Assembly (NCBI GenBank): GCA_045567235.1
Contig: JBJLDI010000047.1
Location: 307 to 64,306 of the forward strand
Source of the DNA: Candidatus Pelagibacter sp.
Lineage (GTDB): Bacteria; Pseudomonadota; Alphaproteobacteria; Pelagibacterales; Pelagibacteraceae
DNA length: 64,000 nucleotides
Direction of reading: 5' to 3'
The notes under the pieces are model-generated. The model was not told the origin of the DNA. It searched no databases and saw only the letters and a list, made by a program, of their open reading frames with translations. Every line of letters starts with the position of its first letter. The stretch's first letter is position 1. Shown in pieces: positions 10,199 to 21,616 of the stretch. A program made the position numbers and the translations under genes.

Positions 10199-11752
10199 GT
10201 GTTATATTTTTCTAAATTAAGAATTATATCTATTTCTTTTATATGCTTATTTTTTATCTTTGTTGCATCTAATAATTTATTTAGTCCAGATAAAAGATTT
10301 TTTGATAAAAAAATCAACCTCGGTTTAGATTTACAAGGAGGCTCATATCTTTTACTAGAAATTGATAATTCTCCTGTAATAGAACAAAAACTTCAAAATA
10401 CAACAACCACGATAAGAACATATTTTAAAGACAAAGGTATTCGAATTGGTAATTTAAATCTATCAAATCAAAAAATTTCATTCACAGTTGAAGAACAATT
10501 TAAACAAAGTGTAATTGATGAATTTAATAATGAAAATAGTGAAATAAATCCATATTATCCAAGATTTAAGTCTCATCAATTTGATCTAGTAGACTTAGGA
10601 AATTCCCTTGAACTTAATTTTTCTAAACAAGGCCTTGTGGAGCTAAAAAATTCATCTCAAGATCAGGCATTAGAAATTGTACGTAGAAGAATAGACGAAA
10701 TAGGAACTAATGAACCTAATATCTTAAAACGAGGTAATGACCGTGTATTAGTTGAGTTGCCAGGGTTAGACGATCCCAAAAGAATAAAATCTTTGTTAGG
10801 TAAAACTGCAAATTTAACTTTTAGATTTGTGTCAAATGATAATCAAGACTCTTTTGGAGTAGAAAAATTAAAACATGAAAATGGTATAGATGAAGATTTT
10901 GTAAGTAAAAGAATTATTTTAAGTGGTGATAATTTATTAGACGCTCAACCAAGAATGGATAATCAAAATAATGAAACAGTTGTATCGTTTACACTAGATA
11001 GAGTAGGTGCTAAAAGATTTGGTAAAGCCACTTCAGCAAATATAGGTAGACAATTAGCAATTATTTTAGATGGTAAAATTATAAGCGCCCCAGTCATAAG
11101 AGACACTATTGCAAGTGGTAGTGGTCAAATTAGTGGTGGTTTTACATTTCAATCAGCAACAGATTTATCTTTGTTATTAAGATCAGGAGCCTTACCAGCC
11201 CCTTTAAATATAATTGAAGAAAGAACAGTTGGACCTGATTTAGGTCAAGATTCTATAGATGCTGGAATGATTGCTCTTATTATAGGATTTTTATTAGTAA
11301 TAATCTTTATATTTATAAAATATAAAATTTTTGGTTTAATCACAAATATTACTTTAATAATAAATCTATTAATACTCCTAGGTATACTCACATTATTCGA
11401 AGCAACTCTAACTTTACCAGGTATTGCTGGTATAATTTTAACTGTTGGAATGGCTGTTGATGCAAATGTTTTAATTTTTGAGAGAATTAAAGAGGAATTA
11501 AAAAGTGAAAATAATAACATTATTGCTTTTGATAGCGGTTATGTAAAATCCAGGACTGCTATATTAGACGCAAATATAACCACCTTATTAGCGGCTATAA
11601 TATTATTTTTTATGGGGTCTGGACCTATAAAAGGATTTTCAGTTACCTTAGGTGTTGGAATATTTACAACATTATTTTCTGTTTATTTCATAGCTAGGTT
11701 ATTTACTTCGATTTATGTTACAAAAAATAAAGATAAAGAGGCCTTAATTTAA
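10199..11752 (+). CDS. secD: Protein translocase subunit SecD
   Basis: LGLDLQGG, VELPG, LRSGALPAP, GMAVDANVLIFERIKEE; GTG start. Confidence 0.97.
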   Translation: MLYFSKLRIISISFICLFFIFVASNNLFSPDKRFFDKKINLGLDLQGGSYLLLEIDNSPVIEQKLQNTTTTIRTYFKDKGIRIGNLNLSNQKISFTVEEQFKQSVIDEFNNENSEINPYYPRFKSHQFDLVDLGNSLELNFSKQGLVELKNSSQDQALEIVRRRIDEIGTNEPNILKRGNDRVLVELPGLDDPKRIKSLLGKTANLTFRFVSNDNQDSFGVEKLKHENGIDEDFVSKRIILSGDNLLDAQPRMDNQNNETVVSFTLDRVGAKRFGKATSANIGRQLAIILDGKIISAPVIRDTIASGSGQISGGFTFQSATDLSLLLRSGALPAPLNIIEERTVGPDLGQDSIDAGMIALIIGFLLVIIFIFIKYKIFGLITNITLIINLLILLGILTLFEATLTLPGIAGIILTVGMAVDANVLIFERIKEELKSENNNIIAFDSGYVKSRTAILDANITTLLAAIILFFMGSGPIKGFSVTLGVGIFTTLFSVYFIARLFTSIYVTKNKDKEALI

Positions 11753-12643
11753 ATGATTAAATTCAACAGATTTTATAGTCAATTTAATGTTTTATCTTCA
11801 TTATTAATAATTGCCTCATTAATATTATTAATTTTTAAAGGTTTAAATTTTGGTATTGACTTTAAAGGTGGAACTTTAATTGAATTAAGGTCGAGTGATA
11901 CAAAAATTAATGTTTCGAGTTTAAGAGATAATTTGAAACAAATGGATTTGGGGGATGTATCAGTTAAGAAATTTGGTAATGATCAAGATTATCTAATTAA
12001 ATTCGAAAATAAAGATAATAAAAAAAATATTATTGAAGAGATCAGATCTAGTTTAGATAAATCATTTGGAAATAACTTTGATTTTAGAAGAGTTGAAAAC
12101 GTTGGACCTAAAGTAAGTGCTGAATTATTAAAATCTGGAATTATAGCAATAAGTATTTCATTAGCAGTGATGCTTATCTATATTTGGATAAGATTTGAAT
12201 GGCAATTTAGCCTAGGAGCTATTCTAGCATTATTTCATGATGTAATTGTTACACTTGGATTATTTTCTCTTTTAAATTTAGAAATTAATCTTTCAATTAT
12301 CGCAGCTGTTTTAACAATAGTTGGCTATTCAATGAATGATACAGTTGTTATATTTGATAGAGTAAGAGAAAATTTAAGAAAATATTCTGATATTAAAATT
12401 TTCGAATTAACAAACATTTCAATTAATGAAACATTGTCTAGAACATTGATAACATCAATAACAACTTTATTAGCTTTATTATCTATTTTCTTTTTTGGGG
12501 GTGAAATTTTAAAAGGTTTTTCTTTAGCTATGATCTTTGGTGTAGTATTTGGTACCTATTCATCTATATATATTGCTAATTCAGTATTAGTTAGACTAAA
12601 CGTGTCACAAAAAACAATTTTAAAAGAAGACGAAAAAAATTAA
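11753..12643 (+). CDS. secF: Protein translocase subunit SecF
   Basis: GIDFKGG, VGPKV, GYSMNDTVVIFDRVREN. Confidence 0.97.
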   Translation: MIKFNRFYSQFNVLSSLLIIASLILLIFKGLNFGIDFKGGTLIELRSSDTKINVSSLRDNLKQMDLGDVSVKKFGNDQDYLIKFENKDNKKNIIEEIRSSLDKSFGNNFDFRRVENVGPKVSAELLKSGIIAISISLAVMLIYIWIRFEWQFSLGAILALFHDVIVTLGLFSLLNLEINLSIIAAVLTIVGYSMNDTVVIFDRVRENLRKYSDIKIFELTNISINETLSRTLITSITTLLALLSIFFFGGEILKGFSLAMIFGVVFGTYSSIYIANSVLVRLNVSQKTILKEDEKN

Positions 12644-13242
12644 TAAAGATTTTGAGCCATTACCATAGACAGAAGCATTGGTAATGAGAGTAAAGTATTT
12701 GTTCTAGAGAACAACATTGCAGTTCTAGCTGATTTAGCCTTAAGTTCAGGCTCACATTCGACAATACCTAATGCTCTTTTTTGATTTGGCCATATTACAA
12801 ACCAAACATTAAAAGCCATTATGACCCCTAGCCACATGCCAATACCAATAGCTGTATGTTTTGGTATACCTGATCCAATGCTAAGTGTCATAGCATCATG
12901 TAGATAACCATTTAATAATGCTAAAATTAATCCAGATAAAACTGTTAATGCAGCAGCCCATCTAAAATAAAATAAAGCAGCAGGTGCTATTACTTTGCCG
13001 ATGGCCGGTTTTTGCTCATCTGGAATTTTACTCATATTTGGTATTTGAACAAAATTAAAATACCATAATAAACCAATCCACATTATTGCTACAAGTACAT
13101 GAATGTATCTAAACAGCCAGCTCCAAAAAATTGTATCAATAGCAAAGCCATCGTTTAAATAAAACAAAGCTAAAAAAAGTATAATAGCTAATGCTAGTGA
13201 AGCGTGAATTGTTTTAGATAAAGATGAAAGTAAATTACCCAT
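12640..13242 (-). CDS. Integral membrane protein of the PuuD/urate oxidase N-terminal (DUF989-like) family
   Basis: RYIHVLVAIMWIGLLWYFNF, FRWAA, MAFNVWFVIWPNQK, SRTNTLLS; no cytochrome c domain. Confidence 0.7.
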   Translation of the reverse strand: MGNLLSSLSKTIHASLALAIILFLALFYLNDGFAIDTIFWSWLFRYIHVLVAIMWIGLLWYFNFVQIPNMSKIPDEQKPAIGKVIAPAALFYFRWAAALTVLSGLILALLNGYLHDAMTLSIGSGIPKHTAIGIGMWLGVIMAFNVWFVIWPNQKRALGIVECEPELKAKSARTAMLFSRTNTLLSLPMLLSMVMAQNLY

Positions 13243-13291
13243 AAAGAATTAATTATACACTAAATTTATTATTATTTAATATTATTTTTAA

Positions 13292-16145
13292 TTATTTTAA
13301 TAACGGTTTTAAAAACTGGCCTGTATAACTACCTGAAACTTTGCATATTTCCTCAGGTTTACCTTCTGCGATGATATTTCCGCCTTTTACTCCACCTTCA
13401 GGTCCCATATCAACTATATAATCTGCTGTTTTTATTACATCTAAATTATGCTCAATGACAACTACTGTATTTCCAAGTTTAACAAATGTATGAAGAATTT
13501 CTAATAATTTTTTAATATCATGTTGGTGAAGACCAGTGGTTGGTTCATCTAATAATATACATAGTTCTTCCAGTAGATCTTTTTGAAAGTTCTTTAGCAA
13601 GCTTGATCCTTTGCGCTTCACCACCAGAAAGAGTTGTCGCCTGTTGACCAATCTTAATATAACCTAAACCAACTTTTTTGAGAGTAAGAAGTTTTGTTCT
13701 TATATTAGATATATTTTCAAAATAATCACAACCCTCATCTACAGTCATGCTTAAAACATCAGCGATACTTTTACCTTTAAATTTAATTTCTAAAGTTTCT
13801 CTGTTATATCTAGTACCCTTACATTCATCACATTGTATATATACATCAGGCAAAAAATGCATTTCATAAGTAATTACACCATCACCTTCACAAGCCTCAC
13901 ATCTCCCACCTTTTACATTGAATGAAAATCTTCCTGGTTTATAACCTCTGGTTTTAGACTCAGGTAAACTTGTAAACCAATCTCTAATCGGTCCAAAAGC
14001 ACCTGTATAAGTTGCTGGGTTAGATCTTGGTGTTCTTCCGATAGGTGTTTGGTCTATATCAATAATCTTATCTATTAATTCAACACCTTTATAATTTTTA
14101 AAAGCTTTTGGAGCTTTTCTAGCTTTGTTATTAAGAGTAAGATTTAGAGCATGATATAATGTTTGTAATATTAAAGTTGATTTTCCGCTTCCAGAAACTC
14201 CAGTAACACAAGTAAAACTTCCTGTAGGTATTTTAAGATTAACATTATTTAAATTATTTCCACTTGCACCATTAATTTCAACAAATCTTCCATTTTTTGC
14301 AAGTCTTCTTATTGATGGAATTTCTATTTTTTTCTTATTGGATAAGTATTGTCCGGTTATACTATTTTTATCTTTTTTAATTTCATCATAAGTCCCTTGA
14401 GCAGTTACTTCACCTCCGTTTTTACCAGCCTCAGGACCTAAATCAATTATATGATCTGCATTCTCCATTGTCTCAGTATCATGTTCAACAACTATAACAG
14501 TGTTACCAAGATCTCTTAATCTTTTAAGAGCATTAATAAGTTTGACATTGTCTTTCTGATGCAATCCAATCGATGGTTCATCAAGTACATATAAAACACC
14601 AGTTAAACCAGAACCAATCTGAGAAGCTAATCTAATTCTTTGTGCTTCACCCCCTGAAAGAGTACCAGACTCTCTATCTAAGGTTAGGTAGTCAAGACCA
14701 ACATTTAATAAAAAGTTCAATCTTTCATTAATTTCCTTTAATACATGTTCAGCAATTTTAAATTGTCTCTTATCTAAATTTTTTTCTAAATCTTTAAACC
14801 ATTGAGCAGCGTCTAATATTGATTTTTGAGTTACTTCACTAATATTGTGATTGTCAATTTTAACACATAAAGCTTCTTCTTTAAGCCTCTTTCCATTGCA
14901 ACTCTCACAAGCTGAGTCTGATTGATATTCAGCAATTGCTTCTCTTTTCCACTCACTGTCAGACTCTAAAAATCTTCGTTCTAAATTATTAATTACACCT
15001 TCAAAAGTTTTTTTATGAGAATATTTTTCATAACCATCATCATAGTTAAATTTGATTTCTTCTTCATCTGATCCATATAAAATTACATCTTTGATTTTTT
15101 TTGGTAATTTTTTCCATTTATCATCTAAAGAAAAATCATAGTGCTTAGCAAGAGATGCAAGTGTTTGTGCATAATATAAAGTTGTGGATTTTGCCCAGGG
15201 TTCAATTGCACCATCTGCAATACTTTTTCTTTCATCTGGTATAACTAAGTTGGGGTCTACATTTAATTTCATTCCAATACCTTCACATTCTTCACAAGCA
15301 CCATAAGGACTATTAAAAGAAAAAAGTCTTGGTTCAATTTCTTCAATTGTAAAACCACTTTCTGGGCAAGCAAATTTAGTTGAGTAAATTAATTTTTCTA
15401 TTTTTCTTAGATTTTTAGGTAAAGTTTCATCTTCAAATTCTACGAAAACTAATCCATTCGATAAATTTACTGCTGTTTCAACACTCTCAGCTAACCTATT
15501 ACCTAAATCAGAATTTAAAACAATTCTATCAACAAGAACTGATATATCATGTTTGAGTTTTTTATCTAAATTAGGCAATTTTTCTATGTCATATAGAATA
15601 TTATCAATTTTAATTTTTCTAAAACCTCTTCGTTTATAACTTAAAATATCTTTTTTATATTCTCCCTTACGACCTCTAACAACTGGACCATATATATAAA
15701 TTGTAGATTTTTTTGGTAACTTTTTTATCAAATCAACTATTTGTGTAATAGTTTGAGAAGTAATTGCTTTACCAGTAAATGGTGAAAAGGGGATACCTGC
15801 TCTTGCATACAATACTCTCATGTAGTCGTAAATTTCTGTTACAGTTGCTACAGTTGATCTTGGATTTTTTGAAGTATTTTTTTGTTCAATTGCAATTGCT
15901 GGACTTAAACCTTCAATAAGATCAACGTTTGGTTTTTTCATCTTATCTAAAAACTGTCTTGCATAAGCTGATAAGCTCTCAACATATCTTCTTTGACCTT
16001 CTGCGTAGATTGTATCAAAAGCTAAAGAAGATTTTCCTGAACCAGATAGGCCAGTTATTACAACAAATTGATCTTTTGGGATTTCTAGCGAAACATTTTT
16101 TAAATTATGCTCTTTGGCCCCTTTAATAACTATCTTTTTAATCAT
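13292..16145 (-). CDS. uvrA: Excinuclease ABC subunit A (frameshift near 13555)
   Basis: Two ABC cassettes ([24 protein letters not shown] twice) and Zn motifs; [10 protein letters not shown]-terminus continues in the 13292-13651 frame. Confidence 0.96.
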
Positions 16146-16233
16146 AATTTTTGTTGCTTTGAGTTAATAAAATTAATATTCACAAGAATTGTGATATAAA
16201 TCTAATTAATTAATTTAACAAATATTAAATATT

Positions 16234-16686
16234 ATGGCTGGAAGTTTAAATAAAGTATTATTAATTGGTCGTTTGGGCGCAGATCCAGAGATCAAACAAA
16301 TGGTTAATGGTAAAAGTGTAGCTAGACTTAGCTTAGCTACAAGTCAATCTTGGAAAGATAAAAGTACTGGTGAAAAGAAAGAGAAAACTGAATGGCACCG
16401 TATAGTTGTATTTAATGAAGGTTTGGTAAATGTAGTTCAACAGTATCTTAAAAAGGGTGCACAAATTTATGTTGAAGGTCAATTAACAACTAGAAAATGG
16501 AAAGATGAACAATCTGGTCAAGATAAGTATTCAACTGAAATTGTTATTCAAGGTTACAATTCTTCTTTAACCATGCTCGGTGGTGGAAATACTGGGGGAG
16601 GTATTCAGAATGATACAACTCAACAAAATAATATTGAGGACTCTTCTCAGGTATCTAATGATATGGATGACGAAATCCCGTTTTAG
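16234..16686 (+). CDS. ssb: Single-stranded DNA-binding protein
   Basis: [22 protein letters not shown]-terminal DDEIPF; divergent from uvrA. Confidence 0.97.
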   Translation: MAGSLNKVLLIGRLGADPEIKQMVNGKSVARLSLATSQSWKDKSTGEKKEKTEWHRIVVFNEGLVNVVQQYLKKGAQIYVEGQLTTRKWKDEQSGQDKYSTEIVIQGYNSSLTMLGGGNTGGGIQNDTTQQNNIEDSSQVSNDMDDEIPF

Positions 16687-16691
16687 TAAAT

Positions 16692-19270
16692 ATGCAAAAA
16701 ACTGAAGTACCAAAAGAAGATAACATTAAATTAATCTCAATGCATGATGAGATGAGCTCATCTTACTTATCTTATGCAATGAGTGTAATAGTAAGTCGAG
16801 CTCTTCCTGATATTAGAGATGGATTAAAACCTGTTCATCGTAGAATTTTATATGCAATGTATAAAGGTGGTTATGACTGGTCAAAACAATTTAGAAAATC
16901 TGCAAGAATAGTAGGGGATGTAATTGGTAAATACCATCCGCATGGTGACCAATCTGTTTATGATGCTCTTGTTAGAATGGTTCAAGATTTTTCAATGAGC
17001 CTACCTCTAGTACAAGGACAAGGAAATTTTGGTTCAATTGATGGAGATCCTGCAGCTGCAATGAGATATACTGAAACTAGATTATCAAAAGTTTCACAAT
17101 TTCTTATCGAAGATATTGAAAAAAATACTATTACTTTCAAAAGTAATTATGATGAAACAGAAAAAGAACCAACAGTTCTACCAGCACAATATCCAAATCT
17201 TTTAGTTAATGGAGCTGGTGGTATTGCAGTTGGTATGGCAACAAGTATACCTCCTCATAATTTAGGTGAAATTATTGATGGAACTTTAGCCCTCATTGAC
17301 AACAGCGAAATTAAGATAAATGAACTAATGAAACATATACCTGGACCTGATTTTCCAACCGGTGGTGTTATAATCGGCAAAGACATAATTAAGCAAGGTT
17401 ACAAGAATGGTAGAGGTTCTTTTAAAATTAGAGGTGAGGTTTCAGTTGAAGGTTTAAAAAATGGAAGAGACAGACTAATAATTACATCAATTCCTTATCA
17501 AGTAAATAAATCTGTTTTAAATGAAAGAATAGCTCAGCTAGTAAGAGAAAAAAAAATTGAAGGAATTAAAGATATCAGAGATGAGTCTAATAGGGAAGGT
17601 ATTAGAGTTGCAATTGATTTAAGAAATGGGGTTGAGCCTGAAACTATAAAAAGACAACTTTATAAAAATACTCAAATAGAAAGTTCTTTTGGTTTCAATA
17701 CTTTAGCAATTGTAGAAGGTAAACCTAAAACTTGTACATTAAAAGATTTTCTAGCGGACTTCTTATCTTTTAGAGAAGATGTTGTTATTAAAAAAACAAA
17801 ATTTGATCTTCAAAAAGCAGAGGAAAGAGCACATATTTTAATTGGTCTATCAGTATCAGTTGAAAATTTAGATAAGATTATAAAAATTATAAGATCATCA
17901 AAGACACCAGATGATGTAGACAAGCAATATTAAAAACTAAATGGAAAATTAATAAATCTCAAAAATTAATTTCATTAGTTGAAGGAAAAAAAGGTAAGAA
18001 TCTTTATTCTTTATCTGAACCACAAGTGTTAGCTATATTAGAACTCAGACTTCAAAAATTAACTGCAATAGGTATAAACGAAATTGAAGCTGAAATTAAG
18101 AAATTAGCAGAATTAATTACCAAATATAAAAAAATTATATCCTCTAAAAAAGAATTATTAAGAGTTATTAGCGAAGAACTTAAAAATATTAAAGATAAAT
18201 TTGCAGTTCCAAGACGAACTAAAATAATCGATGCAATTTTAAATTATGACATAGAAGAAACAATTCAGAAACAATCAGTTATTATTACTGTTACACTCAA
18301 AGGATATATTAAAAGAGGCTCATTAGATGGTGTTAAACAACAAAAAAGAGGTGGTAAGGGTAAATCAGGGATAACTACAAGAGATCAAGATTCTGTAATT
18401 CAAACATTATCTGTAAATACCCACACATCAGTCCTTTTCTTTTCAACTGAAGGTTTAGTATACAAAGTTAAAGCATGGAAAATCCCAGAAGGATCTTCAT
18501 CCTCTAAAGGTAAATCCCTATTTAATATATTGCCACTAAAGAGTCATCAGGCAATTAGTTCTATAATGCCTATGCCAGAAAATGAAACAGAATTAATAAA
18601 TTATCAAATTATTTTTGCAACAGCTAATGGTAAAGTTAGAAAAAATAGTTTAGAAGATTTTTCTTCAATAAATGCCTCTGGAAAAATTGCCATGAAACTT
18701 GATAATAATGATAAGATTGTTGGAGTTAAAATTTGTCAAGATGATCAAGATATAATTTTAAGTACTAAATTTGGTAAGTGCATTAGATTTGAGGCAAAAA
18801 AATTAAGAGTTTTTAAGGGAAGATCTTCTAAAGGTATTAAAGGAATAGAATTAGCAGCAAATGACGAAATAGTATCTCTATCTGTTCTAGATAATGATAA
18901 AATAAAAAAGAATGGTAAAAAAACTAAGGCTGAGGCATCTGAATTAAAAGCAAAAGAAAAATTTGTTTTATCAATTAGTGAAAATGGTTATGGAAAAAAA
19001 ACTTCTCATTTTGATTACAGAGTTACAAATCGTGGTGGGAAGGGCATTATAGGAATTATAAATTCACCAAGAAATGGAAATATAACGTCTTCATTTCCTG
19101 TTTATGATGGCGATGAAATACTAATTTCAACAAATAAAGGAAGAGTTATTAGAGTAGCTGTAAAAGAGATAAGAACTGCTGGAAGAAACACTCAAGGTGT
19201 GCGAATTATCAAACTTTCTGGCGATGAAAAAGTTGTCTCTGCAATTAAAATTGATGATAATTTAATCTAA
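16692..19270 (+). CDS. gyrA: DNA gyrase subunit A (frameshift near 17917)
   Basis: [15 protein letters not shown], catalytic AAMRYTE; GyrA-box QKRGGKG in second fragment. Confidence 0.95.
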
Positions 19271-19764
19271 TGAATAAAATAGCTATATACCCTGGCACAT
19301 TTGATCCTATTACTTATGGTCATATAGATGTAATTAAAAAGTCTCTTAAATTATTTGATAAGATAATTGTAGGTGTTTCAAATGTAAGTAACAAGAATTA
19401 TTTATTTAGTTCCGAAGAAAGAATGGAAATTGTTAATAAAGCTTTATTTAATGATCTAAAACTTAATAGAAAGAAAATTTCAGTTGTTTCTTTTAGTTCT
19501 TTAACAACGGATTTGTGCAAAAAGCACAAGGCTAACGTAATACTAAGGGGCCTAAGAGCTGTATCTGATTTTGAGTATGAGTTTCAATTGGCTGGAATGA
19601 ATAGAAAACTTAATAACAACATAGAAACTATTTTTTTAATGTCTGACGTTGAAAATCAAATTATTTCGTCAAAATTTGTTAAAGAAATTGTTAAATTAAA
19701 CGGTGATATAAAAAAATTTACTACTAAAAGTACAATTAAATCTTTAAAAGATAAATATGAATAA
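19270..19764 (+). CDS. coaD: Phosphopantetheine adenylyltransferase
   Basis: YPGTFDPITYGH, RGLRAVSDFEYE, ISSKFVKE. Confidence 0.96.
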   Translation: MNKIAIYPGTFDPITYGHIDVIKKSLKLFDKIIVGVSNVSNKNYLFSSEERMEIVNKALFNDLKLNRKKISVVSFSSLTTDLCKKHKANVILRGLRAVSDFEYEFQLAGMNRKLNNNIETIFLMSDVENQIISSKFVKEIVKLNGDIKKFTTKSTIKSLKDKYE

Positions 19765-20317
19765 ATGTATAGTAAATATATTAATTTTATTTTTTTTAAT
19801 TACCAATCAATCAATAGCAGAGGAGAATATAATGATTTTAAAATTGAAAGACGGAGATGTAAAAATTGAATTATTTCAAGATGTCGCTCCTAATCATGTA
19901 AAAAGAATTAAAGAATTAGCTGACAATGGAAAATATGATAATGTTGTATTTCACAGAGTTATAGATGGATTTATGGCACAAACTGGAGATGTAAAATTTG
20001 GTAATTCCGGCTCTAGTGATTATGATTTAAGAAGAGCTGGTATGGGAGGATCAGATTTACCTGATCTAAAACAAGAATTTAGTAGCTTACCACATGACAG
20101 GGGAACTTTATCTATGGCTAGATCTTCTGACCCTGATAGTGCTAATAGTCAATTTTTCATATGTTTTAAACCAGCACCATTTTTAGATAGACAATATACT
20201 GTTTTTGGAAAAGTTATAGAAGGAATGGAATTTGTAGACATGATCAAAAGAGGTGATGAAAACAACAATGGATCAGTATCTGACCCAGATAAGATCATTA
20301 GTTTTAAATCACAATAA
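19757..20317 (+). CDS. Cyclophilin-type peptidyl-prolyl isomerase with signal peptide
   Basis: FHRVIDGFMAQTGD, GTLSMAR, SANSQFFI, YTVFGKV. Confidence 0.93.
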   Translation: MNKCIVNILILFFLITNQSIAEENIMILKLKDGDVKIELFQDVAPNHVKRIKELADNGKYDNVVFHRVIDGFMAQTGDVKFGNSGSSDYDLRRAGMGGSDLPDLKQEFSSLPHDRGTLSMARSSDPDSANSQFFICFKPAPFLDRQYTVFGKVIEGMEFVDMIKRGDENNNGSVSDPDKIISFKSQ

Positions 20318-20325
20318 TCTACTTG

Positions 20326-21438
20326 ATGGCATTAAAAAATTTTGCCTTTAAAATTTTAAATAAAGATAATTTCGCAAGAAGGGGTCTGATAGAAACTCAT
20401 AGAGGTAAAATCAATACACCCGCCTTTATGCCTGTTGGAACTCAAGCAACAGTTAAAGCATGCACTATCGATGATATAAAAAAGACTGGTTCAGAAATAA
20501 TATTATCAAATACTTATCATTTAATGATTAGACCTGGGGTTGAAAGAATTAAGTCTGCAGGAGGTCTTCATAATTTTATGAATTGTGATTTACCCATACT
20601 AACGGACTCAGGTGGTTTTCAAGTAATGTCTCTTTCCAAACTCAACAAAATTGATAGAGAAAAAGGTGCTATATTTAGCTCACATGTAGATGGAAAAAAA
20701 TTTTTTTTAAGTCCAGAAGAGAGCATAAAAATTCAACTTGGTCTTAACTCCGATATAGTAATGATAATGGATGAATGTCCACGAAAATCAAATGATTATG
20801 AGTTGATTAAAAAATCAATGGATTTATCCATTTATTGGGCGAAAAGATCAAAAAAAGCTTTTGGAAAAAACCCTCACAAAGCTCTCTTTGGTATTATTCA
20901 AGGAGGATTGTTCAATGATTTAAGAAAAGAGTCATTAAGTGAGCTAATGAAAATTGGTTTTGACGGATATGCAATGGGTGGTTTAGCAGTAGGAGAGTCT
21001 CAAGAAGAAATGTTTACAGTTTTGGACAATATTAAAGAATCGCTTCCCGATGAAAAACCTCATTATTTAATGGGTGTAGGTACTCCATCAGATATTCTAG
21101 GTGCTGTCAAAAGAGGTATAGATATGTTTGACTGTGTATTACCAACTAGATCTGGGAGAACAGGTTTAGCATTCACATGGAATGGTAGAGTAAATATTAA
21201 AAATAATAAATATCAAAGAGACAATGATCCATTAGACTCAAACTGTAAAAACCTAAACTTAAATAAATATTCAAAGAATTATTTAAACCATTTATTTAAT
21301 ACTAATGAAATTTTAGCGTCAATGTTGTTGACACTTCATAACATAAACTTTTATCAAGAATTAATGTCAGCAATTAGAATAAATATTTCAGAAGGCACTT
21401 TTGATCAATTTCATGATAAATACATTGATAAGTTGTAG
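20326..21438 (+). CDS. tgt: tRNA-guanine transglycosylase
   Basis: FMPVGT, SNTYHL, TDSGGFQ, GGLAVGE, DMFDCVLPTR. Confidence 0.96.
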   Translation: MALKNFAFKILNKDNFARRGLIETHRGKINTPAFMPVGTQATVKACTIDDIKKTGSEIILSNTYHLMIRPGVERIKSAGGLHNFMNCDLPILTDSGGFQVMSLSKLNKIDREKGAIFSSHVDGKKFFLSPEESIKIQLGLNSDIVMIMDECPRKSNDYELIKKSMDLSIYWAKRSKKAFGKNPHKALFGIIQGGLFNDLRKESLSELMKIGFDGYAMGGLAVGESQEEMFTVLDNIKESLPDEKPHYLMGVGTPSDILGAVKRGIDMFDCVLPTRSGRTGLAFTWNGRVNIKNNKYQRDNDPLDSNCKNLNLNKYSKNYLNHLFNTNEILASMLLTLHNINFYQELMSAIRINISEGTFDQFHDKYIDKL

Positions 21439-21524
21439 AACATCTACATTTTTTAGTTCAATTTGACATTTGAAAAATCAAAATAATTCTATATATAACA
21501 ACTATTCAATTGAATATTTTTTGT

Positions 21525-21600
<76 letters not shown>

Positions 21601-21616
21601 ATATTCGATAATTTAA

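Noticed and set aside
21463-21495. Sigma70 promoter for tRNA-Lys
   Set aside because: TTGACA is present but there is no convincing -10 at 16-18 bp spacing.
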